Below, piece after piece: positions 1 through 9,930 of a DNA stretch of 64,000 nucleotides (positions within the stretch are counted from its first letter, which is position 1; each line of letters starts with the position of its first letter). The translations under genes and the position numbers were made by a program. The stretch is from Gammaproteobacteria bacterium (GTDB taxonomy: Bacteria; Pseudomonadota; Gammaproteobacteria; CBDBNL01; JAAOII01), in the NCBI GenBank assembly GCA_965215225.1, contig OZ244039.1:926552-990551 (forward strand). Reading direction: 5' to 3'. Below the pieces are notes generated by a model. The model did not search any database and had not been told where the DNA came from. It was given only the letters and a program-made list of their open reading frames with translations.

Positions 1-1948
1 TAGCCTTGCTCTAGCCGGTCGCGAAAGACTAGACAATTTGATATTTGTCATTAACTGTAATCTACAAAGACTGGATGGGCCAGTGAGAGGGAATGGTAAG
101 ATTATTCAGGAATTAGAAGGGGTATTTCGTGGTGCTGGTTGGAATGTCATTAAGGTCTTATGGGGAAGAAGGTGGGACCCTTTATTAGAAAAAGATCACA
201 AAGGGCTATTGGTGAGGCGAATGGAGGAGGCGGTAGATGGGGAATATCAGAATTATAAGAACAAAGGGGGACAGTATACCCGTGAGCACTTTTTCGGTAA
301 ATATGATGAACTGCTCAAATTGGTAGAGAATATGAGCGATGAAGAGGTATATCGCCTCAATCGCGGTGGCCATGATATTCATAAGATCTATGCTGCCTAT
401 AGTAGCGCGGTTGCTCATAAGGGGCAACCCACAGTGATACTTGCCAAGAGCATAAAGGGCTATGGCACGCCGGGAGAGGCGGAGAATATTGCCCATTCTA
501 TTAAAAAACTGGATATGGAAGGCTTAATAAAATTTCGCGACAGATTTCGTATTCCAGTTCAGGACAATGAATTGGAAAAGATGCCCTATTGTCGTCCCAG
601 TGAGAATAGTCCAGAGATTAAGTATCTTAAAGAAAGGAGGGCTCAGCTAAATGGCTTTGTTCCCAGCCGCCGCACCAAGATAGAGAAGTTGAAAGTTCCT
701 TCTCTTGATATTTTTGCCTCTCAATTAGAGGGGAGCGGCAATAGAGAAGTCTCTACTACCATGGCTTTTGTCCGCATCCTAGCTTCTCTTTGCCGTGATA
801 AGTCTATTGGTGCTCGCGTGGTTCCAATAGTTCCAGACGAGGCGCGCACCTTTGGTATGGAAGGTCTCTTTCGTCAGTTGGCTATCTATTCTTCGGTCGG
901 ACAAAAATATGTGCCACAGGATGCCGACCAGGTGATGTATTATAGGGAAGATAAGAAAGGGCAGATATTACAGGAAGGCATTAATGAGGCGGGCTCTATT
1001 TCGGCATGGATAGCGGCGGCGACTTCGGCACATAACAATAATTTGACTCTAATTCCCTTTTATAGTTTTTATTCAATGTTCGGTTTTCAACGGGTTGGTG
1101 ATTTTATCTGGGCTGCTGGCGATATGCAAGCAAGAGGTTTTCTTATGGGCGCAACTTCCGGCCGCACTACCTTGGCTGGTGAGGGGCTGCAGCATTTGGA
1201 TGGGCATAGTCATGTTGCTGCTGCGACAGTTCCTAATTGTATTTCTTATGACCCAGCCTTTGCCTATGAGCTGGCAATTATCATTCATAATGGCTTGGTA
1301 AGAATGTATGAGAAGGGGGAAGGAGTCTTTTACTATCTCACCTGTATGAATGAGAACTATAGCCAACCTGCCTTATCAAATAAAGACCATAAGCGAGTTG
1401 CGGAAGGAATCTTAAAGGGACTATATAAGTTCCTCCATCTCAAAGGAGGCAAACAAAAAGTGCGGTTGCTCAGTAGCGGCAGTATTATGCAAGAGGCTAT
1501 TCTGGCCGCTAGATTACTTAACAAGGAATACAACCTAGAGGTGGAGCTATGGAGTGCACCAAGTTTCAATGAACTGGCTCGTGAGGCGCAGGAAATAACC
1601 AGATACAATCGTCTCAATCCAACTGACAAGCCAAAGAAATCCTATATTGCCCATTGTCTCAATAATGACGACAGCCCAGTTATAGCTGCCACAGACTATA
1701 TAAGACAATATACTCAACAGGTAGCTCCTTATATTAAAGCCCCCTATTATTGTTTGGGCACTGATGGTTTTGGTCGCAGCGATAGTCGCGCCAATTTGCG
1801 TGATTTCTTTGAAGTCAGCAGCGACTACATTGCCTATCATGCTTTGCTAGGGCTCTATGAACAGGGTAGGTTTCCTTTGGCTCAGCTAAAGAAGGCCATT
1901 GCCAAGCTTAATATCCAATCCAGTCGTCCCTATCCTCTTTATATTTAA
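1..1948 (+). CDS. aceE: Pyruvate dehydrogenase E1 component (5'-truncated by window edge)
   Basis: The reading frame is open from base 2 (SLALAGRERLDNLIFVINCNLQRLDGPVRGNGKIIQELE). It also carries the AceE motifs PDEARTFGMEG and GTDGFGRSD, and is followed by aceF. Confidence 0.97.
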   Translation, partial: SLALAGRERLDNLIFVINCNLQRLDGPVRGNGKIIQELEGVFRGAGWNVIKVLWGRRWDPLLEKDHKGLLVRRMEEAVDGEYQNYKNKGGQYTREHFFGKYDELLKLVENMSDEEVYRLNRGGHDIHKIYAAYSSAVAHKGQPTVILAKSIKGYGTPGEAENIAHSIKKLDMEGLIKFRDRFRIPVQDNELEKMPYCRPSENSPEIKYLKERRAQLNGFVPSRRTKIEKLKVPSLDIFASQLEGSGNREVSTTMAFVRILASLCRDKSIGARVVPIVPDEARTFGMEGLFRQLAIYSSVGQKYVPQDADQVMYYREDKKGQILQEGINEAGSISAWIAAATSAHNNNLTLIPFYSFYSMFGFQRVGDFIWAAGDMQARGFLMGATSGRTTLAGEGLQHLDGHSHVAAATVPNCISYDPAFAYELAIIIHNGLVRMYEKGEGVFYYLTCMNENYSQPALSNKDHKRVAEGILKGLYKFLHLKGGKQKVRLLSSGSIMQEAILAARLLNKEYNLEVELWSAPSFNELAREAQEITRYNRLNPTDKPKKSYIAHCLNNDDSPVIAATDYIRQYTQQVAPYIKAPYYCLGTDGFGRSDSRANLRDFFEVSSDYIAYHALLGLYEQGRFPLAQLKKAIAKLNIQSSRPYPLYI

Positions 1949-1954
1949 CCAGCT

Positions 1955-3649
1955 ATGATTCAACAGCTAGAGACGGTTCGTGTTCCCAATATAGGCACTG
2001 ATGATCAGGTTGAGGTCATTGAGATTTTGGTCGCCAAGAAGGATAGGGTAGAAAAAGGACAGTCTCTCATAGTCTTGGAAAATGATAAGGCATCAATGGA
2101 AATCCCGTCTCCTCTGGCTGGTGAAGTGGTAGATATTAAGGTGAAATCCGGTGATAAGGTTACTGAAGGAAGTGAGATTATAGCTATAGCAGTGTCTGCA
2201 ACATCTGAGGCGCAGACTGAATCACAAACAAAGAAGAACTCAGAATTGACGAAGACAAAGACAGAGACGAAGACAAGAGCACTCAAAGAACAGGAGGACA
2301 TGCAAGAGCAACAAAAGAGAGCACAAGAGAAAACACAAGAGGAAGAACAAGGGAGGCAACAGGTAGAACAAGAGAGGCAGAAGACGGAACAACAAAAGCA
2401 GATAGAAATAAGAGTTCCAAATCTTGGCGTAGATGAGGCGGTAGAGATTATTGAGGTCCATATTGAGAAAGGAAAACAAATAGAGAAAGACGATACTGTC
2501 ATAGTCCTAGAAAGCGATAAGGCATCGATGGAGATACCTGCCAGCTCAGCTGGTAAGGTGGCAGCTGTGAAAGTCCAGAAGGGAGATAAGGTTAGGAGCG
2601 GAGATCCTATTGCCCTGCTGGTCGTAGCTAGTGAAAACCTGCCAGTTGATTCTCCGCCAGCTAGCGAAAGTCTGCCGGTTGATTCTCCTCCCCCACCAGC
2701 AAAGGAGGGCGACCAACAGGCTGACAGTCAAGCTGCTCCTGTGGCTGCGCCTTCAGGTCTTTCAGGGAGCAATGGGAACTTTTATGCTGGCCCCGCCGTG
2801 CGCAAGATGGCGCGCGAATTGGGAGTGGAACTTGCAAACCTGAGTGGTTCGGGTCATAAGGGACGTATTCTCAAAGAGGATATCCAAAGCTATGTGAAGA
2901 GGCATCTCCAACAGGGAGCGGCTATGCCTGAGCCACCACAGATAGATTTTGCTGCCTATGGCAAGACAATGGAAAAGGATCTCAATAAGATTCAACGGCT
3001 CACCGCAGAGAATATGCATAGGGCTTGGATCACTGCACCTCATGTCACCCAATTTGAAGAAGTGGATATTACAGATCTTGAAAACTTTCGTAAAGGACAA
3101 AAAGCCATTGCTGAGAAAAAAGGAGTGAAGCTCACTCCCGTTCCCTTTCTTATTAAGGCACTGGCATTAGCACTCAAAGAGTTACCACAGTTTAATGTTT
3201 CAGTGGTCGGTAATCGGTTGGTGCAAAAGCTTTACTATCATATAGGCATGGCAGTAGCTACCCCTCATGGCTTGGTTGTTCCAGTGATTAGGGATGTGGA
3301 TAAGAAGTCTATTTGGGAATTGGCACAAGAGGCAAGTGAGCTGGCAGAGAAGGCTCGCCATCGCCAACTTTCAGTTGAAGCCATGCAGGGAGGCTGTATT
3401 ACCCTATCCAGCTTGGGCGCACAAGGGGGCACTCAGTTTACTCCTATCATCAATGTCCCGGAAGTAGCTATACTTGGCGTATCCAAGAGTAGCTATCAGC
3501 CAGTCTATCAAGATGGAACATTTGTTCCTCGTCTTATATTGCCCATAGCACTCTCTTATGACCATCGCGCAATCAATGGAGTAGATGGGGCAAAGTTCAC
3601 CTCTTATCTTAAACTTCTATTGAGCGATATAAGAAATCTAGCCTTATAA
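1955..3649 (+). CDS. aceF: Dihydrolipoamide acetyltransferase E2 with two lipoyl domains
   Basis: Two lipoyl domains (ENDKASMEIP, ESDKASMEIP), E3-binding domain (PAVRKMARELGV) and catalytic SYDHRAING. Confidence 0.97.
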   Translation: MIQQLETVRVPNIGTDDQVEVIEILVAKKDRVEKGQSLIVLENDKASMEIPSPLAGEVVDIKVKSGDKVTEGSEIIAIAVSATSEAQTESQTKKNSELTKTKTETKTRALKEQEDMQEQQKRAQEKTQEEEQGRQQVEQERQKTEQQKQIEIRVPNLGVDEAVEIIEVHIEKGKQIEKDDTVIVLESDKASMEIPASSAGKVAAVKVQKGDKVRSGDPIALLVVASENLPVDSPPASESLPVDSPPPPAKEGDQQADSQAAPVAAPSGLSGSNGNFYAGPAVRKMARELGVELANLSGSGHKGRILKEDIQSYVKRHLQQGAAMPEPPQIDFAAYGKTMEKDLNKIQRLTAENMHRAWITAPHVTQFEEVDITDLENFRKGQKAIAEKKGVKLTPVPFLIKALALALKELPQFNVSVVGNRLVQKLYYHIGMAVATPHGLVVPVIRDVDKKSIWELAQEASELAEKARHRQLSVEAMQGGCITLSSLGAQGGTQFTPIINVPEVAILGVSKSSYQPVYQDGTFVPRLILPIALSYDHRAINGVDGAKFTSYLKLLLSDIRNLAL

Positions 3650-3720
3650 CCCCCGTCTTTTGATCTTGTATAATATTTCCACATATAAAGAATTTGTTAA
3701 TGACTAGTTTCTCCAAATAG

Positions 3721-4971
3721 ATGCAGCAAAGGAAAAATGGCAGACATTATATAGATACGATATTTCGTATGAGTGATGATTACCTATCATCTACACTGAC
3801 AGACTTCAATTATAAAAAATTAAAAAATAGTTCCGAGAGACTCCGCAATCTATCTACCGAAGAAACAATAAGAGAATTTTCGAAACTATATAGGCATATT
3901 ATTAAGCAAGCATATCAGTCTCAATACAACAAGGCAAATACTAAACTAAATAGATCCATCCATAATAGAGACAATGATAAAGTGAAAATAATATGGGACG
4001 ATTGCTTAGAGGTTATGCAAGCTATGGATAGTGAGAGTATTCACTTAATGGTAACTTCCCCCCCTTATTACAATGCACGAGAATACTCTCAATGGGCTAA
4101 TATAGATGACTATTTAGCAGATATGAAAGCAGTTGTAAGAGAGGCTTATCGGGTATTGGATAATCATAGAGCTTTTGTGTTTAATATAGGGGACATAACG
4201 GGAAATGATAACCGTCATACTCGTTCAAGCTGGGGGGATAGACGAATACCATTAGGCGCATATTTCATAAACATATTTGAGGAAGTTGGATTTACTTTTA
4301 TAGATGATTTTATTTGGGACAAAGGAGAAGTTCAATCTCAAAGGCACAAAAATGGAGACACACCTTTCCCACTATATCAATATCCCCTTAATTGTTATGA
4401 ACACATTATGATTTTCAGAAAGCATAGGCTGGACGAAACTCGCTATCCTTGTCCTATATGTGGGTGCTTAAAAGTAAATGGTAATGCCTATTCTGGTGTC
4501 GGCATTAAATCCTGGGAATGTAAAAATATAGGGTGCTTTGAAAGGTCATTAGCAAACAGGGGGAAGAGATTCTCGCTGCGGAGTATCATCATGGATGAAT
4601 TAAAAAATAACATCATTGATGCTAATTTTATAAAGACCTGGCGAAGAGATATTATTAAGTTTGACCCAGTAATAAAGATAAACAATAAGAAGGAGAATAG
4701 GTTAGGTCATACTGCCCCATTCCCCACTAAGATACCAGAATTTGCGGTAAAGACCCTATCGGGAAGAGGAGAGGTAGTGTTTGACCCGTTTGCCGGTAGT
4801 TTTACTACCCCTATAGAAGCAGTGAGACAAGGGCGAATTGGCATAGGCGCTGAATTGAATAAAAAGAGTTTTGGTGATTCAATTCTCAATAATATACAAA
4901 GGCACGGATTAAAAAATGTAGAGATTAAATGTCCAACAACCAGGATGACAAGAGAATCATTGGCTTGTTAG
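3721..4971 (+). CDS. Site-specific DNA methyltransferase, beta class, probably N4-cytosine, with Cys-rich insert
   Basis: Catalytic TSPPY precedes the SAM-binding motif VFDPFAGS (beta order); GHTAPFP; CPICGC...WECKNIGC insert. Confidence 0.88.
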   Translation: MQQRKNGRHYIDTIFRMSDDYLSSTLTDFNYKKLKNSSERLRNLSTEETIREFSKLYRHIIKQAYQSQYNKANTKLNRSIHNRDNDKVKIIWDDCLEVMQAMDSESIHLMVTSPPYYNAREYSQWANIDDYLADMKAVVREAYRVLDNHRAFVFNIGDITGNDNRHTRSSWGDRRIPLGAYFINIFEEVGFTFIDDFIWDKGEVQSQRHKNGDTPFPLYQYPLNCYEHIMIFRKHRLDETRYPCPICGCLKVNGNAYSGVGIKSWECKNIGCFERSLANRGKRFSLRSIIMDELKNNIIDANFIKTWRRDIIKFDPVIKINNKKENRLGHTAPFPTKIPEFAVKTLSGRGEVVFDPFAGSFTTPIEAVRQGRIGIGAELNKKSFGDSILNNIQRHGLKNVEIKCPTTRMTRESLAC

Positions 4972-5549
4972 GTGAAATGCACCTAGCTATTCGATTGCAT
5001 ACAAGAGGCTGGCAGGTATATAGAGCATATATTGATGAGCAGATTGATTTTATATTAGCAAAGTACTACTGTAATAATTGTAAGGAGTTTTCAGGGTTGA
5101 AGATGAGAAAGAAGCCTGCCCCAAGCACAGGAGAGTTTCCTACGAATCTATGTAAAAAATGTGGCAAAGAAGGATTGGAGTTTATTACAAGATTCATACA
5201 GGCAAAGGCGTCTGCTGGTATAGAAATCAATTCAGCTATACGAGCCTATAGCTTTCATGCGAAATTGAGAAGCAATGTAGATGATAGGTCTTTTTATGTA
5301 TGGATGGCTTTCAGGGATATGATACTCCCCCCATTTTTCTATATCTTTTCACATAAGAGCATAAACAGATTTGATAACTTAGCATTGGATTCATATCAAA
5401 AGACGGATAATCAGAAGACCACGCTGAGAATTGATAGGGAGGGAAGGGTATTGAACGAAGGGAGGAAACATAATTATGATTGTTTTAATGATATGTTTAG
5501 AGATAACTTTGGCATATTGGATGAACTTGTAAGTGATACATTGAAATGA
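4929..5549 (+). CDS. Putative PD-(D/E)XK restriction endonuclease with CxxC...CxxC insert
   Basis: GLLGE...IDF...IQAK pattern; CNNC and CKKC; overlaps the 3' end of the methyltransferase gene. Confidence 0.6.
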   Translation: MSNNQDDKRIIGLLGEMHLAIRLHTRGWQVYRAYIDEQIDFILAKYYCNNCKEFSGLKMRKKPAPSTGEFPTNLCKKCGKEGLEFITRFIQAKASAGIEINSAIRAYSFHAKLRSNVDDRSFYVWMAFRDMILPPFFYIFSHKSINRFDNLALDSYQKTDNQKTTLRIDREGRVLNEGRKHNYDCFNDMFRDNFGILDELVSDTLK

Positions 5550-5717
5550 GAAGCTTGGAAGGCAAATGACTACCTATAAAATGCTGGTTAGCTAGGTTTC
5601 TGCTTTGGATAACTAGTCTGCCTCTGCTATATAGCCCTAAGTCCGATCAATAAATTCTCTTGTGGGGGAGGTATTGATGATACAAATTGATGCTGCAGAT
5701 TGATGTTGTATAATTCC
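5473..5717 (+). repeat. ~245 bp direct repeat, copy 1 (3' end of nuclease gene plus intergenic DNA)
   Basis: Near-identical to 8444-8687 (attatgattgttttaatgatatgtttagagataac...tgatgttgtataattcc). Confidence 0.93.
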
Positions 5718-5842
5718 ACCTCAATTATGTATTGCGAATAGGGACTTGTATATCTAAGCACACCAATCGTCCATTTCTTATTTGCCTCTATTTTTTTGTG
5801 GGCTGCTGGGAGTAGGCTTATTAGCGCATAAGAAATCCACAA

Positions 5843-6490
5843 TAGCAAAAAACTCCTCGCGAGTGATTGGACGCAAATTAGGATTAAGACTCGCAGGGTG
5901 GTCGTATTTACTCGCTGGCTTCTTTACGCGTCTAATAGTTGGCATCTCATTCATTCATCATTCATTAACTAGGCAACAAAATGAGTCCCCCAATTCCTTC
6001 GAATACCCTAACTGCTCTCAATAGAGAACACTCTTTTTATCGATTACATCTTGTTCACAAGCCATAGGATGCCTTTCCAATCAACTGCTTATGAGTCAAC
6101 CGCTTACCGATTGCTCCTTCACAAATAGCCTTAATCCTATCCATTGTATCCATCTCGTAGCTGCCTTAGCAAAAAACTCCTTGCGAGTGATTGGACGCAA
6201 ATTAAGATTAAGACTCGCAGGGCGATCGTATTTACTCGCTGGCTTCTTTACTCGTCTAATAGTTGGCATCTCATTCATTCATCATTCATTAAGTAAGCAG
6301 CAAGATGAGTATCCCAATTCCTTCGAATACCCTAACTGCTCTAAATAAAGAACAATCTTTTTATCGATTACATCTTGTTCACAAGCCATAGGATGCTTTC
6401 CCAATCAACTGCTTATAAGTCAAACGCTTCCCGATTGCTCCTTCACAAATAGCCTTAATCCTATCCATGGTATCTATCTCGCAGCTGCCT
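5843..6490 (+). repeat. Tandem duplication of 2 x 324 bp inside the IS1595 element
   Basis: 5843-6166 and 6167-6490 both begin tagcaaaaaactcct and end agctgcct, with scattered substitutions. Confidence 0.92.
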
Positions 6491-7004
6491 TGATTAAGAC
6501 GAAAGACAAACTCATCAACATAACGGTCGATGTGTTTCTTAGAGAAGTGATGGAAGGTCCCGTGATAACCACGCTTCAATAACGCCCAAACACTCTCTAT
6601 GCCGTTCGTGTGCGCCATTCCATTTATAAACTCGCCTACTGAGTGATTGACTAATAGCTTCGCCCCTCACCGGCTTGTAAAACCCCGCTTCATCCGTAGA
6701 GATAATACTGAACTACATTCTTATCTATGAACGCTTGGACTGTCTTGCTATTGAGTTTATCTACCGACCGCGCCCGCACTCGACCCCCTCTTTCACGGAT
6801 ACCTATGACCGCCTCCTTCGTCTTGGTGCTACGCCCCTGAGCTCCCTTTACCTGCTTATGCTTGTGCTTGTTGCTCTCCCGCCCGCCTATGTAGGTCTCA
6901 TCTATCTCTATTATGCCTTGGAGAAGATCAGTAGAACCCGACCGCATCGCTTCACGGATGCGATGAAACAAAAACCAAGCCGTCTTATAAGTAACCCCTA
7001 CCTC
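6379..7004 (-). pseudogene. IS1595-family (ISXO2-like) transposase pseudogene
   Basis: GVTYKTAWFLFHRIREAM, IEIDETYIGG, STDE and VNHS...HTNGIESVWALLKRG...YVDEFVFRLN are split by two frameshifts near 6660-6712; the N-terminal zinc-ribbon/HTH part is missing. Confidence 0.9.
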
Positions 7005-7028
7005 CTTAGATATACAAGTCCCTATATT

Positions 7029-7230
7029 AATGGACTCATCCGCCAGTATCTGCCGAAAGGCATATCCTTGCGAAATCTACCCAAAGAAACGATAGCAAAA
7101 ATCATCAACCGATTGAACAACCGACCACGAAAGTGCCTCGGCTTCAAAACCCCCGCCGAAGTGTTCCAACAACTTAGCGGGATAAACTATAATTTAGAAA
7201 CAAGTGTTGCATTCTAGATGGGAATTTGCC
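7029..7230 (+). mobile_element. IS30-family transposase C-terminal fragment and probable right end
   Basis: NGLIRQYLPKG...INRLNNRPRKCLGFKTPAEVF, followed by gtgttgcattctagatgggaatttgcc. Confidence 0.85.
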
Positions 7231-7309
7231 TAGTTTTCTTTAATATTGCTAATTGATAAAGTTTTCATGTGGTATAATACTTTCTTATTAAAAATAATAA
7301 ATAGCAATT

Positions 7310-8254
7310 ATGAAAAAAATAATAATCGTTACTATCCTAGCAGTTGTTAGTGTGACTTCGTTAATGGCTGCAGATCAAAAGAACATTAGACTTGGTTCAG
7401 GCAATTCCCTAGCTGCCTATCATCAGCTAGCTGATTTGATTTGCCAAGCAGTGAACCAGAAAACAGCCGAACACAGCATTAGTTGTGAGATTAATAGCAT
7501 GGCAGAGACGGCCGCTAATGTTAAAAGCCTTAAGACAGGTGAATTAGACCTAGCTCTAATTCGTTCTGACTGGCACTCTCATGCTTATGAAGGTTCTCAT
7601 CTCTTTGCTGATGATGGCGCTTTCCACGACCTAAGAACTCTTGCTTCCTTCCATCCTTATAGTTTCACGGTTTTGGCCCGTGCTGATGTGGATGTAGATA
7701 CTTTTTATGATCTAAGAGGCAAGCGGATGAATCTAGGTCCGGTAGGGTCGGAGATGCGTGCCATTATGGAGAAACTAATGATAGGTTATAGGTGGATGCC
7801 AACCTCTTTTGGCGCAGTGTCTGAACTAGAACAACAACAACAAACACAGGCACTTTGCGACAATGAAATAGATGCGGGTATCTATCTGGTTCATCATCCT
7901 GCTTCCGCGCTTAGGGCTGCGATGGATCTATGCCCGCTTAGGTTAGTGCGGATAGACGGCAATCCGGTTAGGAGATTAGTTGGTGGCAATCCAGATTACA
8001 GATGGGTTAGTATTCCAGCTGGTTCCTATAAGGGTCAAGACCATTCGGTTAGGACTTTTGGGGTTGCGGTCAAGCTGGTAGGCTCCAGTCGTCTTGCAGA
8101 GGCTACGGCCTATGCATTGACTGAAGCTATCTTCTCAGCCGAGTCTGACTTGGTTGAGTTTTTACCAGCGGCATTAACTGACATGGCAGATGAGAAATCA
8201 GCCGTTCCTTTCCACGCGGGGGCTGTTAAATATCATCAGGATATGAAGATGTAA
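7310..8254 (+). CDS. TAXI-family TRAP transporter solute-binding protein
   Basis: Signal peptide; DLRGKRMNLGPVGS, QALCDNEIDA, IPAGSY and PFHAGAVKY motifs. Confidence 0.88.
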   Translation: MKKIIIVTILAVVSVTSLMAADQKNIRLGSGNSLAAYHQLADLICQAVNQKTAEHSISCEINSMAETAANVKSLKTGELDLALIRSDWHSHAYEGSHLFADDGAFHDLRTLASFHPYSFTVLARADVDVDTFYDLRGKRMNLGPVGSEMRAIMEKLMIGYRWMPTSFGAVSELEQQQQTQALCDNEIDAGIYLVHHPASALRAAMDLCPLRLVRIDGNPVRRLVGGNPDYRWVSIPAGSYKGQDHSVRTFGVAVKLVGSSRLAEATAYALTEAIFSAESDLVEFLPAALTDMADEKSAVPFHAGAVKYHQDMKM

Positions 8255-8277
8255 GATCTTCTTATTTGATGAACCTT

Positions 8278-8316
8278 GGATACCCTGGGTCTAATAGACT
8301 CGGGGTATCCTTTTTT
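8278..8316 (+). terminator. Rho-independent terminator
   Basis: ggataccctgggtct/agactcggggtatcc stem (with G-U pairs) followed by T6, just downstream of the TAXI gene. Confidence 0.8.
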
Positions 8317-8443
8317 AAGACTCTTAGGCTCGCTTAATCTACTATAATGCTCATAGGTGCTTAGATACTCACAGAGGAGCCTTTCCTAACTTCATTTAGA
8401 TGGCGATTAGACAGGACATTCTTGCTTGGGATGGCAAATCGTT

Positions 8444-8687
8444 ATTATGATTGTTTTAATGATATGTTTAGAGATAACTTTGGCATATTGGATGAACTTG
8501 TAAGTGATACATTGAAATGAAAGGCTTGGAAGGCAAATGATTGCTTATAAAATGCTGATTAGCTAGGTTTCTGCTTTGGATAACTAGTCTGCCGCTGCTA
8601 TATAGCCCTAAGTCCGACCGATAAATTCTCTTATGGGGAGGGATTGATGATACAAATTGATGGTGCAAATTGATGTTGTATAATTCC
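8444..8687 (+). repeat. ~245 bp direct repeat, copy 2 (includes a probable serC -10 box)
   Basis: Matches 5473-5717; TATAAT at 8679-8684 upstream of serC. Confidence 0.93.
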
Positions 8688-8710
8688 CTCTCATTTATAT
8701 ATTTCTACTA

Positions 8711-9799
8711 ATGACTATGCGTAAATATAATTTTTCGGCAGGTCCAGCTGCTTTACCTGATTGGGTCCTAGAGCATATTAAGGAAGAGCTAATGGACTGG
8801 GGAGGAAGGGGGAGTTCGGTAATGGAAGTCAGTCATCGCGGCAAGGATTTTCTTGCTTTGCATAGTGAGACCCTTAGCAAGCTGCGGTCCTTACTAGGAG
8901 TGCCAGACAGCCATCAAATCCTCATTATGCCGGGCGGAGCTACCGCTCAATTTTCTGCTGTGCCTCTTAACTTGGCTTCCGAGCCACGTGCTCTTTATTT
9001 TATTAGCGGCCATTGGGCGCGCAAAGCGGCCCAGCTAGCGGGCAAGTTGATAGATGTGGAGCTGGCATATGATTGTGGTCGCCAACCGCTCCATATTCCA
9101 CCCCAAGAGGAATGGAATCTTACTGGCGATCATGCCTATTTTCACTATTGTCATAATGAGACAGTAGATGGAATTTCTTTTGCCAGGGTGCCGGACCTAA
9201 GCGAGCAGGCTATTCCAGTGGTGGCGGATATTTCTTCTTGTGTTGCTGCCCAGCCTTTAGATCTTAGTAAGATTGATCTTGCCTATGCTTGTGCTCAGAA
9301 AAATCTTGGCATAGCTGGCATTACCCTGGTGATTATTAACGAGGAACTTTTGACAAGGAGTGGAGATAGGGTTTTGCCTGTTCTCAATTACCGCCGCCAA
9401 GCTGAGGCGGGATCCTTGCTGAATACTCCAGTGACCTTTGCAATCTATGTGTGTGGGCTGGTATGTGATTGGTTAATAGCACAGGGTGGGGTAGAAGCAA
9501 TGGCAAGTATTAATCGTAGCAAAGCGCAATCTCTCTATGACTTGATAGATTCTAGCGATGGTTTCTATCAAGCCAATGCTGTGCCAGAGAATCGTTCAAT
9601 TACCAATATAGTCTTTCATCTCAAAGAAGAAGGACTCAACGATAAATTTCTTGCCGAGTCTAGTCAAGCGGGGTTGCTCTATTTGAAAGGACATAGAGCG
9701 CGTGGAGGTATGAGAGCAAGTATTTACAATGCGGTGAGTGAAGAGGCGGTTGAGTCTTTGAGAGCCTTTATGACCGACTTCGCCAACCGATATGGTTAA
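8711..9799 (+). CDS. serC: Phosphoserine aminotransferase
   Basis: YNFSAGPA, MEVSHR, AQKNLG (PLP lysine) and GHRARGGMRASIYNA. Confidence 0.97.
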   Translation: MTMRKYNFSAGPAALPDWVLEHIKEELMDWGGRGSSVMEVSHRGKDFLALHSETLSKLRSLLGVPDSHQILIMPGGATAQFSAVPLNLASEPRALYFISGHWARKAAQLAGKLIDVELAYDCGRQPLHIPPQEEWNLTGDHAYFHYCHNETVDGISFARVPDLSEQAIPVVADISSCVAAQPLDLSKIDLAYACAQKNLGIAGITLVIINEELLTRSGDRVLPVLNYRRQAEAGSLLNTPVTFAIYVCGLVCDWLIAQGGVEAMASINRSKAQSLYDLIDSSDGFYQANAVPENRSITNIVFHLKEEGLNDKFLAESSQAGLLYLKGHRARGGMRASIYNAVSEEAVESLRAFMTDFANRYG

Positions 9800-9930
9800 T
9801 TTTGGCGGCTAAATAGAATTGGTTCTAGCTGAATTTTCTACTTGATAAATTTCTATTAGAGTTTTCTAAAATCCATAATATAATAAACCCGCATGGATAG
9901 GAAGCAATTAACTTATGAGAAGCTAGTTAA

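Larger units (their letters stand above)
5741..7022 (-). mobile_element. Decayed IS1595-family element with perfect 18 bp terminal inverted repeats
   Basis: gggacttgtatatctaag at 5741-5758 and its reverse complement at 7005-7022 enclose ISXO2-like transposase fragments. Confidence 0.88.

Noticed and set aside
3650-3720. lpdA missing after aceEF
   Set aside because: aceEF without an adjacent lpdA is normal in Pseudomonas-like gammaproteobacteria.
6735-7217. 160 aa ORF as an intact gene
   Set aside because: It is a chimera of antisense IS1595 sequence read into the IS30 C-terminal fragment.
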